Below the pieces are notes generated by a model, which worked only from the letters and a program-made list of their open reading frames with translations, searched no databases and was not told where the DNA came from. From an uncultured Candidatus Saccharibacteria bacterium (GTDB taxonomy: Bacteria > Patescibacteriota > Minisyncoccia > Phycocordibacterales > UBA9973): a stretch of DNA of 64,000 nt. The stretch covers positions 1,730 to 65,729 of the forward strand of contig CAZUZL010000003.1 in NCBI GenBank assembly GCA_964625065.1. The letters are read 5' to 3'. Made by a program: the position numbers and the translations under genes. Of this stretch, positions 48,112-57,598 are shown in pieces (positions within the stretch are counted from its first letter, which is position 1; each line of letters opens with the position of its first letter).

Positions 48112-50304
48112 TTATAGCATATCTGCATTATTCGATATAATATTTTGGCCTGCTTCGTCACGCATAACCCCACCTTCTAATACGTCACGTGGCTTGGCTC
48201 CGTTACCTGGGCCTACTACACCGCGTTCCTCTAGTATATCTATCAGTCGGGCAGCACGTGCATAACCGATACCCAGTTTACGTTGTAGGAAAGAAGTCGA
48301 CGCTTTACGTGTTTCGATAACAATCTGACGAGCTTGTTCATATAGGTCGTCGTCCTCGCTGTTTTTGTCGCCGTCTAGTGTAGAGTCAAATATGGTTTTA
48401 TCCATAGTTGGTGTACCCGACAGTTCTATTGTGTCTTGAAGTTCCTCGCGGTATGCATCCTTCAGATATGCAACAACTTTTTTAACTTCTTGTTCAGATA
48501 TGTATGCCGACTGTAAGCGGGAAGGTTGGCCCTCGCCACCTGAATACAGCATGTCACCTTGGCCAAGAAGTTTTTCAGCACCAGATGCGTCTAATATAGT
48601 ACGCGAATCCATCTGTGTCGGTACGCGTAGTGCAATACGTGTAGGTACGTTCGCCTTGATCAACCCTGTTATAACTTGCACCTCAGGGCGTTGTGTAGAC
48701 AGTATAAGGTGTATACCAACAGCACGCGACATCTGTGCCAGGCGTACAATGCCGGCTTCTAGTTCGCGTGGGTATGCCTGCATTATGTCGGCCAATTCGT
48801 CGATGATTATAACAATGTACGGCATCCTTTCTCCATCGTCACCCTTATTTGTTTTACCGCCAGAAATGTTTGCGTGGTAACTTTCAATGTCACGTACACT
48901 TTCAGCTTGTAGTAGGTCGTAACGTCGATCCATTTCCTTTGCTGCCCATTTAAGTGCCAGTATGGCTTTCTTAGCATCAGTAATAACAGGTGTTAGTAGA
49001 TGGGGTATGTTGTTGTATAGAGTTAGTTCAACACGTTTAGGGTCCACAAATATCATCTTTAGGTCTTCAGGTCCGTTGCGGTATATCAACGAGTTGATAA
49101 TGGCGTGTATAGTTACAGACTTACCAGACCCTGTTGTACCGGCTATCAATGCATGTGGTGCCTTGGCCAAGTTTACAAAGTGTGGTCGTCCAGCAACGTC
49201 ACGGCCCAGTGCTACGGTCAGTGGTTTAGATGCGTTTTTAAATCTCTCATCGGCCATAAGTGAACCCAGTCCAACAGTTGCTTTGGTCTTGTTTGGTATT
49301 TCAATACCTACCAACGACTTGCCTGGTATTGGTGCTTCGATACGAACAGGGTGGGCAGCCAGTGCCAGTGCTAGGTCGGACTGTAGCCCTGCAATGCGGG
49401 ACAGTTTTACACCTGCTGCTGGTTTCAATGCGTACTGTGTAAAAGTAGGTCCAGTTGTAACTTCATCCATTTCAACTTCAATACCAAAGTTCAGTAGTGT
49501 GCGTTTTATAATATTTGCATTTGCCTTCACGTCACCAACGTTTGCTTTGCCACTGTCTGGTTCTAATAGTGCTATCGGTGGGGCATCGTAGTTGTGGGTT
49601 TTGAATGGCTTTTTATTAATTACCATTTCTTCTTCGGTCGCTGTTTCTTTAGTCTTCTTTTGAATAACCTTTTCTTCCTCTTCTTGTTTTTCTGCAGAAG
49701 TTTTTATTGGTTCGGTTGGTACAGATCCATCAGTTATAGTAGGTTCGCGGTTTGGGTCGAACTCGGGTTCTTTCTTCTTAAACAAACCAGCTATGCGGGC
49801 AGTAATAGTACCAATACTTGGTCTGTAGTCGAACAGTATAAAACTTGATATCAACACCAACCCCAGCATTATAATAACTGCAACTGTGGTATCAAACAGC
49901 GCAACAAAAGGTAACGCAATCCAGTGGCCAAAAAGCCCACCTATGCGCATAGTTGCACCACCGAAAATCTCCATCGTACCTAATGCAGATAGTAGCAACA
50001 CACCGCCCGAAATGGTGTGTAGTAGTGGTAGTTCAGGTATGGTCGAACGTATATACGACACACCCAACATGGCAGAAACTATAGGCAACAAATAGTATCC
50101 AAACCCAAACAAACTTGAAAATGCACGGAATATAACGTCGCCCGCAACACCTGCCTTGCCCAATGCCGCCAGCACTAAAAGTAAACAAACTATAAAGTAA
50201 ATTACAGCGTATATACCATGCCGTGTAGCATCCTTCAGACGTGAAGTTTTCTCTGTATCCTCGGTCTCTTTTTTCGGGTTATTTTTCTTAGTTTCTTTTG
50301 CCAT
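48112..50304 (-). CDS. ftsK: DNA translocase FtsK
   Basis: N-terminal TM helices, Walker A GTTGSGKSV, and a C-terminal winged-helix gamma domain. Confidence 0.9.
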   Translation of the reverse strand: MAKETKKNNPKKETEDTEKTSRLKDATRHGIYAVIYFIVCLLLVLAALGKAGVAGDVIFRAFSSLFGFGYYLLPIVSAMLGVSYIRSTIPELPLLHTISGGVLLLSALGTMEIFGGATMRIGGLFGHWIALPFVALFDTTVAVIIMLGLVLISSFILFDYRPSIGTITARIAGLFKKKEPEFDPNREPTITDGSVPTEPIKTSAEKQEEEEKVIQKKTKETATEEEMVINKKPFKTHNYDAPPIALLEPDSGKANVGDVKANANIIKRTLLNFGIEVEMDEVTTGPTFTQYALKPAAGVKLSRIAGLQSDLALALAAHPVRIEAPIPGKSLVGIEIPNKTKATVGLGSLMADERFKNASKPLTVALGRDVAGRPHFVNLAKAPHALIAGTTGSGKSVTIHAIINSLIYRNGPEDLKMIFVDPKRVELTLYNNIPHLLTPVITDAKKAILALKWAAKEMDRRYDLLQAESVRDIESYHANISGGKTNKGDDGERMPYIVIIIDELADIMQAYPRELEAGIVRLAQMSRAVGIHLILSTQRPEVQVITGLIKANVPTRIALRVPTQMDSRTILDASGAEKLLGQGDMLYSGGEGQPSRLQSAYISEQEVKKVVAYLKDAYREELQDTIELSGTPTMDKTIFDSTLDGDKNSEDDDLYEQARQIVIETRKASTSFLQRKLGIGYARAARLIDILEERGVVGPGNGAKPRDVLEGGVMRDEAGQNIISNNADML

Positions 50305-50346
50305 TATCTACACATTTTAACAAAAAAACCTTTGTAAACCAAGGAA

Positions 50347-50394
50347 TTAATCTCCTCCTTGTTGAGGAGGAGTGGCCGTAGGCCGAGGTGGTGA
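50347..50394. repeat. GC-rich double-hairpin mini-element, family B copy 2
   Basis: TTAATCTCCTCCTTGTTGAGGAGGAGTGGCCGTAGGCCGAGGTGGTGA; compare the copy at 16975-17022. Confidence 0.6.
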
Positions 50395-50479
50395 CTCATG
50401 TACTTTACAAATGTCCTTATGGGTATATAATGGACGCACAATCCGGTCGGAATGTTTTAAAAGACATATGTGAAGTATC

Positions 50480-51247
50480 ATGGACAACATAAATCCCATT
50501 ACTAAAAAGACAAAAAATATAGTAACCGCTATATACATGGTTACCGAATATATAAAGGTCAACGACCCAATCCGTCATGAATTACGGACAAGTTCAATTT
50601 CAATACTTAAGGACGTAAACCAAATCAGACATATTTCAAATACAGACCACAAAACCTTACTTAACGATGTCCATGAAAAATTCAGTTTAGTTACAGACTT
50701 GGTACACATTGCACGCGACCTAGGTTTCGTTTCTAAAATGAACGCCACCATACTAGACACTGAAATATCGCTACTTCAAAAATACATCCAGACCTACATC
50801 CACCAAACAACTTTAGAAGACAATTTGTTAAGCGGCATTCGTTTTCCAGACCAACTTTTTGCCGACCATTTACCAAACCCAACACCTACAAACCGCCCAA
50901 CAGTTTTTAGCCCAAACAATATTTCAAATACTTTTTCTAAAAACAAACAGCCAGTTTTCTCTAAACAGATTTCATTTGGTGTAACGGACAATAAAGGACA
51001 TGTAAACCGTGGGGTATATGTCTCTAATCATGAAAAACATGAAGACCGTAAAACCAAGATAATGGACATGGTTCGTGGACATAAAAATAGCGTTACTGGT
51101 GATAGTTCTGTAATGATAAAGGACATAACTCATGCATTTCCGAACATCAGTGAAAAGACTATTCAACGCGAACTTGCCGACCTGGTTGCATCAGGTGTCC
51201 TTAAGAAAATAGGGGAAAAAAGATGGTCAAAATACGTTGTCTCTTAG
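50480..51247 (+). CDS. Hypothetical protein with a C-terminal winged-helix DNA-binding domain
   Basis: C-terminus ...ISEKTIQRELADLVASGVLKKIGEKRWSKYV is wHTH-like. Confidence 0.45.
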   Translation: MDNINPITKKTKNIVTAIYMVTEYIKVNDPIRHELRTSSISILKDVNQIRHISNTDHKTLLNDVHEKFSLVTDLVHIARDLGFVSKMNATILDTEISLLQKYIQTYIHQTTLEDNLLSGIRFPDQLFADHLPNPTPTNRPTVFSPNNISNTFSKNKQPVFSKQISFGVTDNKGHVNRGVYVSNHEKHEDRKTKIMDMVRGHKNSVTGDSSVMIKDITHAFPNISEKTIQRELADLVASGVLKKIGEKRWSKYVVS

Positions 51248-51733
51248 ACCATAAAAACCAATAAATATCAACATATTACAACAACCTGGCACCACCAGGT
51301 TGTTGTAATATTAGGGTGTTTAAAACGTCATCATTATCGACCTACCAGTCTGTTTATATGGGGTGGCTGGTCAAAATGTACATATCATTAAACATGTAAA
51401 ATATGCACGCATTTGTACCACTGGGGCTTGTCCACAGAATTGGTATTATGCTTGCATATGCACATACTAAATGATAATATATAAATACTGTTTATAGGTG
51501 GACTATCGACCATATATACACAGTTCCGAAGACGGATCGAACTTTGATAACAGAATAGAGAAACACCCCTATGATGCCGATATTGGTGTTTTGATCTAGT
51601 TAACAAAAATCCGTCCGTGTTCGGCCATGTCGACACGGCAGATAGTAAGGCTCGTGTGTACTTTTGTCGAAGTACAAACACAGCCGCCATACAATGTATA
51701 GTACATATGTTGTGTGGTCTCAATTTATTTAAT

Positions 51734-54700
51734 ATGAATATAAAAACAATGAAAGCACTTGTAGGTGTATCATTAGTTGCAACAACCCTTATCGGTTCTG
51801 TAGCTAGTGCTGCTATCACAAGTACACTTAAACTTGGTTCACGTGGAGCACAAGTTAAGGAACTTCAACAATTCCTAAACGCATGTTCATCTGACACTAA
51901 AGTGGCAGCAACAGGCGCAGGTTCAGCAGGTTACGAAACTACATACTTCGGACCAGCTACAAAGAGAGCTGTTATAGCTTTCCAAGCAAAAATGGGTATT
52001 AGTCAAGTTGGCCAAGTTGGCCCAGCTACACGTGCTGCTATCGCAGCAGGTTGTGGTACTAATAACAATAATAACAACAATAACAATCAATCAGGTCCTG
52101 TTACAGTAAGTTTGTCTTCTGACAATCCTGCTGCAGGTACAGTTATTACTGGTCAAGCAGCAGCTGATCTTGCACACTTTACCTTCACAGGTTCAGGTGT
52201 AGTTAACTCTGTTACTTTGACTCGTGGTGGTATCTCTAACTCAAGTACACTTTCAAACGTATACTTGTACGATGGTGCTACTCGTTTAACTGATGGTTAC
52301 ACATTCAGTACAAACAGTACTCTAACAATGAATAACCTTAACTTATCTGTTAGCGGCTCAAGAACAATCTCAGTGAAAGCTGATGTTTCTGTAGCTGACT
52401 ACAGTGTTTCAGTTGCGGTTACTTCATTGACTGTAGGTACTTCAGTAAGTAGTGTAAACGTAAAAGGCAATGACATGTACATTGCAATTGGTTCAGGTCT
52501 AGTTGGTACAGCTGCTCTTACAGTAGCTTCACCTTCACCTGCAGCTGCAACTATAAACGCTGGTTCTATGAACCAAAGTCTATGGTCAAACACATTAAGT
52601 ATCGGACTACACAGTTCAAAACTTAATGGTATGACTGTTAAGATGATCGGTTCAGCTCCTTCAAACACACTTACAAACGTAGGTTTGTTCGTAGACGGAA
52701 TCAAACTATCATCTGCTTCAATCAACGCTAACAATCAATTTGTTTTTGATCTTTCAGGTAATCCATTTGTTTTGACTACAGGATCACACTCAATCGAAGT
52801 TCGCGGAGATGTAGTTGCTGGTGCATACCGCAACTTCTACCTATCACTTGAAAAATCAGCTGATCTAGTGATCAAAGATGGACAAGTACAAGGTGGAAAT
52901 GTTGTTGGTCTAACTACAACTTACTCAAGTCTTCCAGTTTCAAATATGCTTGGCGGTTTGGTTACTATAAACAATGGTACACTAACTGTTAATCAAGACA
53001 CTTCGTTCAACAACTCAACTACTCTAGTTGGTGGTTCAACAGGTGCTAAGATGGCAGCATACAAGTTCACTGCATACGGTGAAGATGTAAAAGTTTCAAC
53101 TCTTACATTTACACCTTCATTGACTGGTGGTGCTACTGCAAGTGGTTCAACAACAAAACTTGCAAACGTAGGTTTGTACATAAATGGTGGACAAGTTGGT
53201 TCAAACCAAACTTCTACTCATGGTTCAGCACTTACATTTAGTAGTCTAGGTTCAAATCTTATAGTAACTGCTGGTTCTTCTGTAACCGTAGAAATACGTG
53301 GAGATGTAGTTAATGATACAAACATAAACTATACAGCTGGTACAATCAAGTTTGACCTTGCAGTTGGTTCAAATAACGCACAAGGTGTAACTTCAGGACA
53401 ATTGACATCAACAGCATCAGCTAGTGGTCAATCTCTAACAGTTTCATCAAGTAACGTTACTTTCGCTCAGACTTCAGGTTGGGCAGCATCTTCAATTGCT
53501 CCTAACAAAGCAGGTGTTAAAATCGGTACATACACTATCTCAACTGCTTCTGCAGAAGATATAACAGTAAATAACATTACTGTTGGTATAACTGGTACAA
53601 TGATAACTAACAATCAAATCACAAACATCACTTTGAAAGATGGTAGTACTGTTATAGGTACTCCTATTGGAAATCCAACAGCAACAAATAACTTCTCAGT
53701 TACTTTGCCTGTTTCTAAATCTTCAACAAAGACTATAGATGTTTATGCTGACATTGGTTCAAGTGCTGCTACATACACAGTGATTCCAGCAATGACAATC
53801 ACTTACCGTGGTAACACTTCAATGGTTACAACAACATCATCAGCTGTAACTGGTTCAACAATCACAGCTAACGTTGCAAGTATCATTGCAGGTGGAGTTA
53901 CATTTGTTCCTTCATCATCAATGGTTGCTCAATTCCTAGTTGGTGGTCAATCATCAGTACAAATCGGTACATTCAACATTAAGGCTAACACTCTAATCGG
54001 TGGTGCAGTAATTAAGGATGTTACAGTAACAGTACCTGCTAATACAATCGGTTCAGTAACAATGAACGGTGTAACAGCACAAGTTTCTACAACAACAGCT
54101 ACTCTTTACAATGTAAACATAGTAGTACCAGCAGATGCTTCAGGTATTAACGTACCTATGACAGTTTCTCTAGTTTGTGTAGGTGCTTCAGGTGGTGGAT
54201 GTGCAGGTGTTTCAAACTCAACTGCTACAGCTCAAATCACAACTGTAACTTACTTTGACGGTACAGCTGTTCAAACAATATCTCCTACAGCTATAACAGC
54301 TACTCATAAACTAGTTGCATCAAAACCAACTATCTCTATGACTGGTTCAAATGGTTCTGGATTTACTAATGGAAATATCCAAATTGGTACATTCACAATA
54401 GCTGCAGATGCAGCAGGTGACATCAAGCTTGAAGCTATTCCAGTAACAGTTTCAATCTCTGGTGCAGCTACAATCACAGCTGGTACAATCGAACTTCGCG
54501 ACTCAACAGGTAACACAGTTATCGTTGGTACAGGTGGAGTAAACGGTTCAGCTGGTCTAAGTGCTTCAGGAACATTCCTATTCAATACCGCATCACGCGT
54601 TATACAAAAAGGAACTTCAGAAACATTTACAGTTTGGGCAACATTTGCTTCAGTAGCAGGTGGTTCAAACACAATGAACGAAACATTTGGCCTAGGTGCT

Positions 54701-54802
54701 AAAGCTTCATTCTTGTGGACAGACACTATTGGTGCTGTAACAGGTATCACAGGTGCTCAATTGAACACATACCCTTCATCAACTCAAACAAAGTCTAACT
54801 AA
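51734..54802 (+). CDS. Large cell-surface protein: N-terminal peptidoglycan-binding domain, poly-Asn linker, long Thr/Ser/Gly/Val-rich beta region (S-layer-like candidate)
   Basis: Signal peptide; LGSRGAQVKELQQFLN...TTYFGPATKRAVIAFQAKMGISQVG is PG_binding_1-like; N9 linker. Confidence 0.65.
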   Translation: MNIKTMKALVGVSLVATTLIGSVASAAITSTLKLGSRGAQVKELQQFLNACSSDTKVAATGAGSAGYETTYFGPATKRAVIAFQAKMGISQVGQVGPATRAAIAAGCGTNNNNNNNNNQSGPVTVSLSSDNPAAGTVITGQAAADLAHFTFTGSGVVNSVTLTRGGISNSSTLSNVYLYDGATRLTDGYTFSTNSTLTMNNLNLSVSGSRTISVKADVSVADYSVSVAVTSLTVGTSVSSVNVKGNDMYIAIGSGLVGTAALTVASPSPAAATINAGSMNQSLWSNTLSIGLHSSKLNGMTVKMIGSAPSNTLTNVGLFVDGIKLSSASINANNQFVFDLSGNPFVLTTGSHSIEVRGDVVAGAYRNFYLSLEKSADLVIKDGQVQGGNVVGLTTTYSSLPVSNMLGGLVTINNGTLTVNQDTSFNNSTTLVGGSTGAKMAAYKFTAYGEDVKVSTLTFTPSLTGGATASGSTTKLANVGLYINGGQVGSNQTSTHGSALTFSSLGSNLIVTAGSSVTVEIRGDVVNDTNINYTAGTIKFDLAVGSNNAQGVTSGQLTSTASASGQSLTVSSSNVTFAQTSGWAASSIAPNKAGVKIGTYTISTASAEDITVNNITVGITGTMITNNQITNITLKDGSTVIGTPIGNPTATNNFSVTLPVSKSSTKTIDVYADIGSSAATYTVIPAMTITYRGNTSMVTTTSSAVTGSTITANVASIIAGGVTFVPSSSMVAQFLVGGQSSVQIGTFNIKANTLIGGAVIKDVTVTVPANTIGSVTMNGVTAQVSTTTATLYNVNIVVPADASGINVPMTVSLVCVGASGGGCAGVSNSTATAQITTVTYFDGTAVQTISPTAITATHKLVASKPTISMTGSNGSGFTNGNIQIGTFTIAADAAGDIKLEAIPVTVSISGAATITAGTIELRDSTGNTVIVGTGGVNGSAGLSASGTFLFNTASRVIQKGTSETFTVWATFASVAGGSNTMNETFGLGAKASFLWTDTIGAVTGITGAQLNTYPSSTQTKSN

Positions 54803-54887
54803 CCTTAGATATTTACTGAGCGCTGACGGAAAGTTTATCGAAACTTAAAATCGACTCGGTACTGATCACCTTAATGGAGATCGCTAT

Positions 54888-54922
54888 CGGCAAAAAACCA
54901 CCCTTCGGGGTGGTTTTTTGTA
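54888..54922 (+). terminator. Rho-independent terminator
   Basis: AAAAAACCACCC-TTCG-GGGTGGTTTTTTGTAT. Confidence 0.75.
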
Positions 54923-54934
54923 TTCCTATTTTTA

Positions 54935-54962
54935 CAGGGGCTGAGTCCCTGATTTATCCACA
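54935..54962. repeat. REP-like element: hairpin plus a perfect DnaA-box 9-mer (copy 0)
   Basis: CAGGGGCTGAGTCCCTG then TTATCCACA (54954-54962). Confidence 0.55.
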
Positions 54963-55065
54963 GGTGATTGCCCCAGCAATTGTGTCGCGTAATGTCGATT
55001 GAAACGCGACCCACATGTTTTATCAAAACAGGTGCAAAATTTATAGTTTGTGCTATACTGCCAAA

Positions 55066-55578
55066 ATGGAAAAAATAAAAAATATTATACAGACCAATAA
55101 GAAAAATATCCTTATTGCTATTGGTTTTATCGTTGTTATCATTATATGTGTTATTGCTTTTAGTAAACATAAACCACGTCCGGTTGCACCTGTTGCACCA
55201 GTAACCACTGACGAAACAGTGTTAGATGGTAACACTCCAGAAACTAATGTAAAACCTGTTAAAAAGGCTACTGCAGGTGTTTCTGCTGTATCTATATCAT
55301 ACGAACAAGCTTTGGTTACATATAAAGACTCTCGCATACAGCTTGGTTCTACAGATGCTTGTGCTGCAACACCACGAACTTCAACCTTTAAAAACGGCAC
55401 TACTATAATGGTAGACAATCGCGGTCCAGTAGTACGTACAGTAAAAGTAGGAAGTACATACACTATAAATGCATACGACTTTAAACTTATAACACTTTCA
55501 AGTACAAACCTACCTGAAACTGTATATGTAGACTGTAACAACCAACAAAACGTAGCTACAATACTTATTCAGAAATAA
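55066..55578 (+). CDS. Hypothetical membrane-anchored protein
   Basis: TM helix then a beta-rich domain. ATG at 55066. Confidence 0.45.
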   Translation: MEKIKNIIQTNKKNILIAIGFIVVIIICVIAFSKHKPRPVAPVAPVTTDETVLDGNTPETNVKPVKKATAGVSAVSISYEQALVTYKDSRIQLGSTDACAATPRTSTFKNGTTIMVDNRGPVVRTVKVGSTYTINAYDFKLITLSSTNLPETVYVDCNNQQNVATILIQK

Positions 55579-55582
55579 CATC

Positions 55583-55610
55583 TGTGGATAACTTAGGGGT
55601 CCAACCCCTG
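55583..55610. repeat. REP-like element: DnaA-box 9-mer plus hairpin (copy 1)
   Basis: TGTGGATAA then AGGGGT-CCA-ACCCCT. Confidence 0.55.
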
Positions 55611-55677
55611 TAAAATATAAAAATCCTTATACATTAAGGGTTTTTATATTTTGTATTTCTCATACACTCATAAAATC

Positions 55678-55686
55678 TGTGGATAA
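55678..55686. repeat. Isolated perfect DnaA-box 9-mer (copy 2)
   Basis: TGTGGATAA. Confidence 0.45.
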
Positions 55687-55915
55687 CTAGGCGATTCTGC
55701 ATAATTATAATTATTAGACAATACTGTGTTATAATAAATATATGAAATTTAAAGCCAGTGCACTAGCTAAAATAATCGGTTTCTCGGCTATTATCGGCGT
55801 GGCTCTTGTTACTTTGTATTATATATCAGAACAGCGAGGCGGAACCTTGGCCACACTATTCGACGCACCCACCGAAACCGCTTCTGGCAATACATCTACT
55901 AAAAAATAACCAACC

Positions 55916-55943
55916 TGTGGATAACCCAGGTGTTCGACACCCG
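55916..55943. repeat. REP-like element: DnaA-box 9-mer plus hairpin (copy 3)
   Basis: TGTGGATAA-CCCAGGTGTTCGACACCCGG. Confidence 0.55.
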
Positions 55944-56027
55944 GAAAATTATTTGAGAAAAAGCAGTGAAAATTTACAATAGAATTTCCAAGGAGAGGGT
56001 AATTTATCGACAAAATATTCGCGAGTG

Positions 56028-56036
56028 TTATCCACA
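56028..56036. repeat. Isolated perfect DnaA-box 9-mer, reverse orientation (copy 4)
   Basis: TTATCCACA. Confidence 0.45.
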
Positions 56037-56244
56037 AGATAATTTTAATCAGGTTGCATCTTTTGCCCCATTTTTATATACTGAAAGAGTAGTCGATTGG
56101 CACATTTTTGGTATCTACTATATATTGACATAATCGATTAATAGTGTATACTAGTGATGTGCTTGTGGGCGAAAGCCTTGTTCGGACAAGAGATCTCTAA
56201 GCCGAAGCCAAGCACAATAAAGAATGCCCCTCACGGGGTATTTT

Positions 56245-56754
56245 TTATTTTCTGAGTCTCATTACACTCCAGAATATGATATTTCCAGCGCCAGTTTTTT
56301 TTAATACTACTTTAACTTTGACATCATTATTCCTTCCTACTGTAGCGACAACTGTCCAATATTCCACTTCTTTTTTTGGTCTTTTACTATTGCGTCCAAT
56401 TGGCTCAATCTTTTTCTCATATTCAAATATTGAAGTACATTGCTTTAGCACGGGTATAACTAATGGAAAAAGCTTTATTTTATGTAGAATGTCCGCAACT
56501 GTTCTTGCTTCGCCTCCACCATGATATTTGAAGTGATGGAATCCCTGAGCATTAAAAAATACGTCAGCATTAAGACAAGGACAATAAACCTTACCGATAC
56601 AATCGTATAGAGTACGACATTGATCCAAAGTCTTCTTGCAATGATTTCTCATTTGTTCAGGGGTAAATTTTTGATTCATATATAATCTAACTTTACCACC
56701 ACTTAATAAAAAGTCCACCTTTAATAGTGCAGCGGGGTGGTACTTTAGCAACAT
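56245..56754 (-). CDS. Hypothetical protein (Cys-rich central segment); its start codon abuts a REP/DnaA-box element
   Basis: MLLKYHPAALLKVDFL... The ATG sits immediately adjacent to TTATCCACA on the minus strand. The longer track ORF overlaps the transposase gene. Confidence 0.45.
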   Translation of the reverse strand: MLLKYHPAALLKVDFLLSGGKVRLYMNQKFTPEQMRNHCKKTLDQCRTLYDCIGKVYCPCLNADVFFNAQGFHHFKYHGGGEARTVADILHKIKLFPLVIPVLKQCTSIFEYEKKIEPIGRNSKRPKKEVEYWTVVATVGRNNDVKVKVVLKKTGAGNIIFWSVMRLRK

Positions 56755-56814
56755 TGTGGATAACCCAGGTGTTCGACACCTGGAAAAATAAAGATAAAGA
56801 TTTATAATTAAAAT

Positions 56815-57486
56815 ATGAGAAAACATCCATTGGTAACGGGCGAGGTCTATCATATCTATAATAGGGGCGTAGATAAAAGAGATGTCTTTATGAGTAAAGA
56901 TGATCTTGAACGTTTTGTATTGAGTGTGAAAGAGTTCAATAGAATAAAACCAACAGGAAGTATTCGCGATAAGTATGTGTATAACCCAGGTGCTGAACAC
57001 CTGGGAATAGCGGGAGATGACAATAATCCTCTGGTTTCAATTGTTTGCTATAGTTTTTTACCAAATCATTTTCATTTTATTGTAAAACAGGAAGTTGACG
57101 GTGGTGTATCTGAATTTTTTAAACGTTTATTGGGTGGGTATACTAACTATTTTAATAAAATTTATGAGCGAAGCGGGGTTCTATTTCAAGGACCATTTAA
57201 ATCCCATGTTATTGATAGTGATCAATATTTAATAAAAATACGCCCATATGGAAATATGAATGACCTAGTTCATGATATACCTGAAGATAAAAGGCACTTG
57301 GTTAAAACCAGTAGTGCAGAATATGACTCAATGAATTTTGATATAGTTTCCAAAAAAGAAGCTGAAGAATTATTAAGATTTTACAACGGTAATGAGAATT
57401 TTAAAAAAGAGTGTCTTGAAATTATAAATATAATACGTGAAGAAAGAGGGAGGACTACTTTATCAGCGGAAGATTTATTGCCATAG
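56815..57486 (+). CDS. Y1 (HUH) tyrosine transposase, IS200/IS605 TnpA or REP-associated (RAYT)-like
   Basis: YHIYNRGVDKRDVF N-terminal motif, HUH LPNHFHFIV, and C-terminal GVLFQGPFKSHVIDSDQYLIKIRPY (catalytic-Tyr helix region). Confidence 0.75.
   Translation: MRKHPLVTGEVYHIYNRGVDKRDVFMSKDDLERFVLSVKEFNRIKPTGSIRDKYVYNPGAEHLGIAGDDNNPLVSIVCYSFLPNHFHFIVKQEVDGGVSEFFKRLLGGYTNYFNKIYERSGVLFQGPFKSHVIDSDQYLIKIRPYGNMNDLVHDIPEDKRHLVKTSSAEYDSMNFDIVSKKEAEELLRFYNGNENFKKECLEIINIIREERGRTTLSAEDLLP
56976..57005. repeat. REP-like element inside the transposase coding sequence (copy 6; box degenerate by 1 nt)
   Basis: TGTGTATAA-CCCAGGTGCTGAACACCTGGG. Confidence 0.5.
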
Positions 57487-57598
57487 TCAATTTCCCAGGT
57501 GCTGAACACCTGGGTTATCCACAGGTGGGGTGGAGTATTATGGACATGTTGCTAAATTAATTAGATAATATTTTTATAATAGAATAAATATATTAAAT

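Larger units (their letters stand above)
56755..57523 (+). mobile_element. REPtron-like unit: Y1 HUH transposase (RAYT/IS200-like) flanked by inverted REP-like hairpins
   Basis: The flanking elements 56755-56783 (box then hairpin) and 57494-57523 (hairpin then box) are inverted relative to each other and share the stem CCAGGTG...CACCTGG. A third copy lies inside the gene. Confidence 0.6.

Noticed and set aside
51388-51819. 143-aa minus-strand ORF
   Set aside because: It overlaps the start and signal peptide of the large surface-protein gene on the opposite strand and lies in its leader. No motif; spurious.
56245-57000. Full 251-aa minus ORF as a single gene
   Set aside because: Its first 82 codons overlap the Y1 transposase gene on the opposite strand. 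Trimmed to the internal ATG at 56754, which abuts the REP element.
54935-57523. Interpreting the regularly recurring TGTGGATAAC+hairpin units as a CRISPR array
   Set aside because: Spacing is irregular (about 90 to 720 bp), the units occur in both orientations and inside genes, there are no cas genes, and a Y1 transposase is embedded. REP-like repeats fit better.
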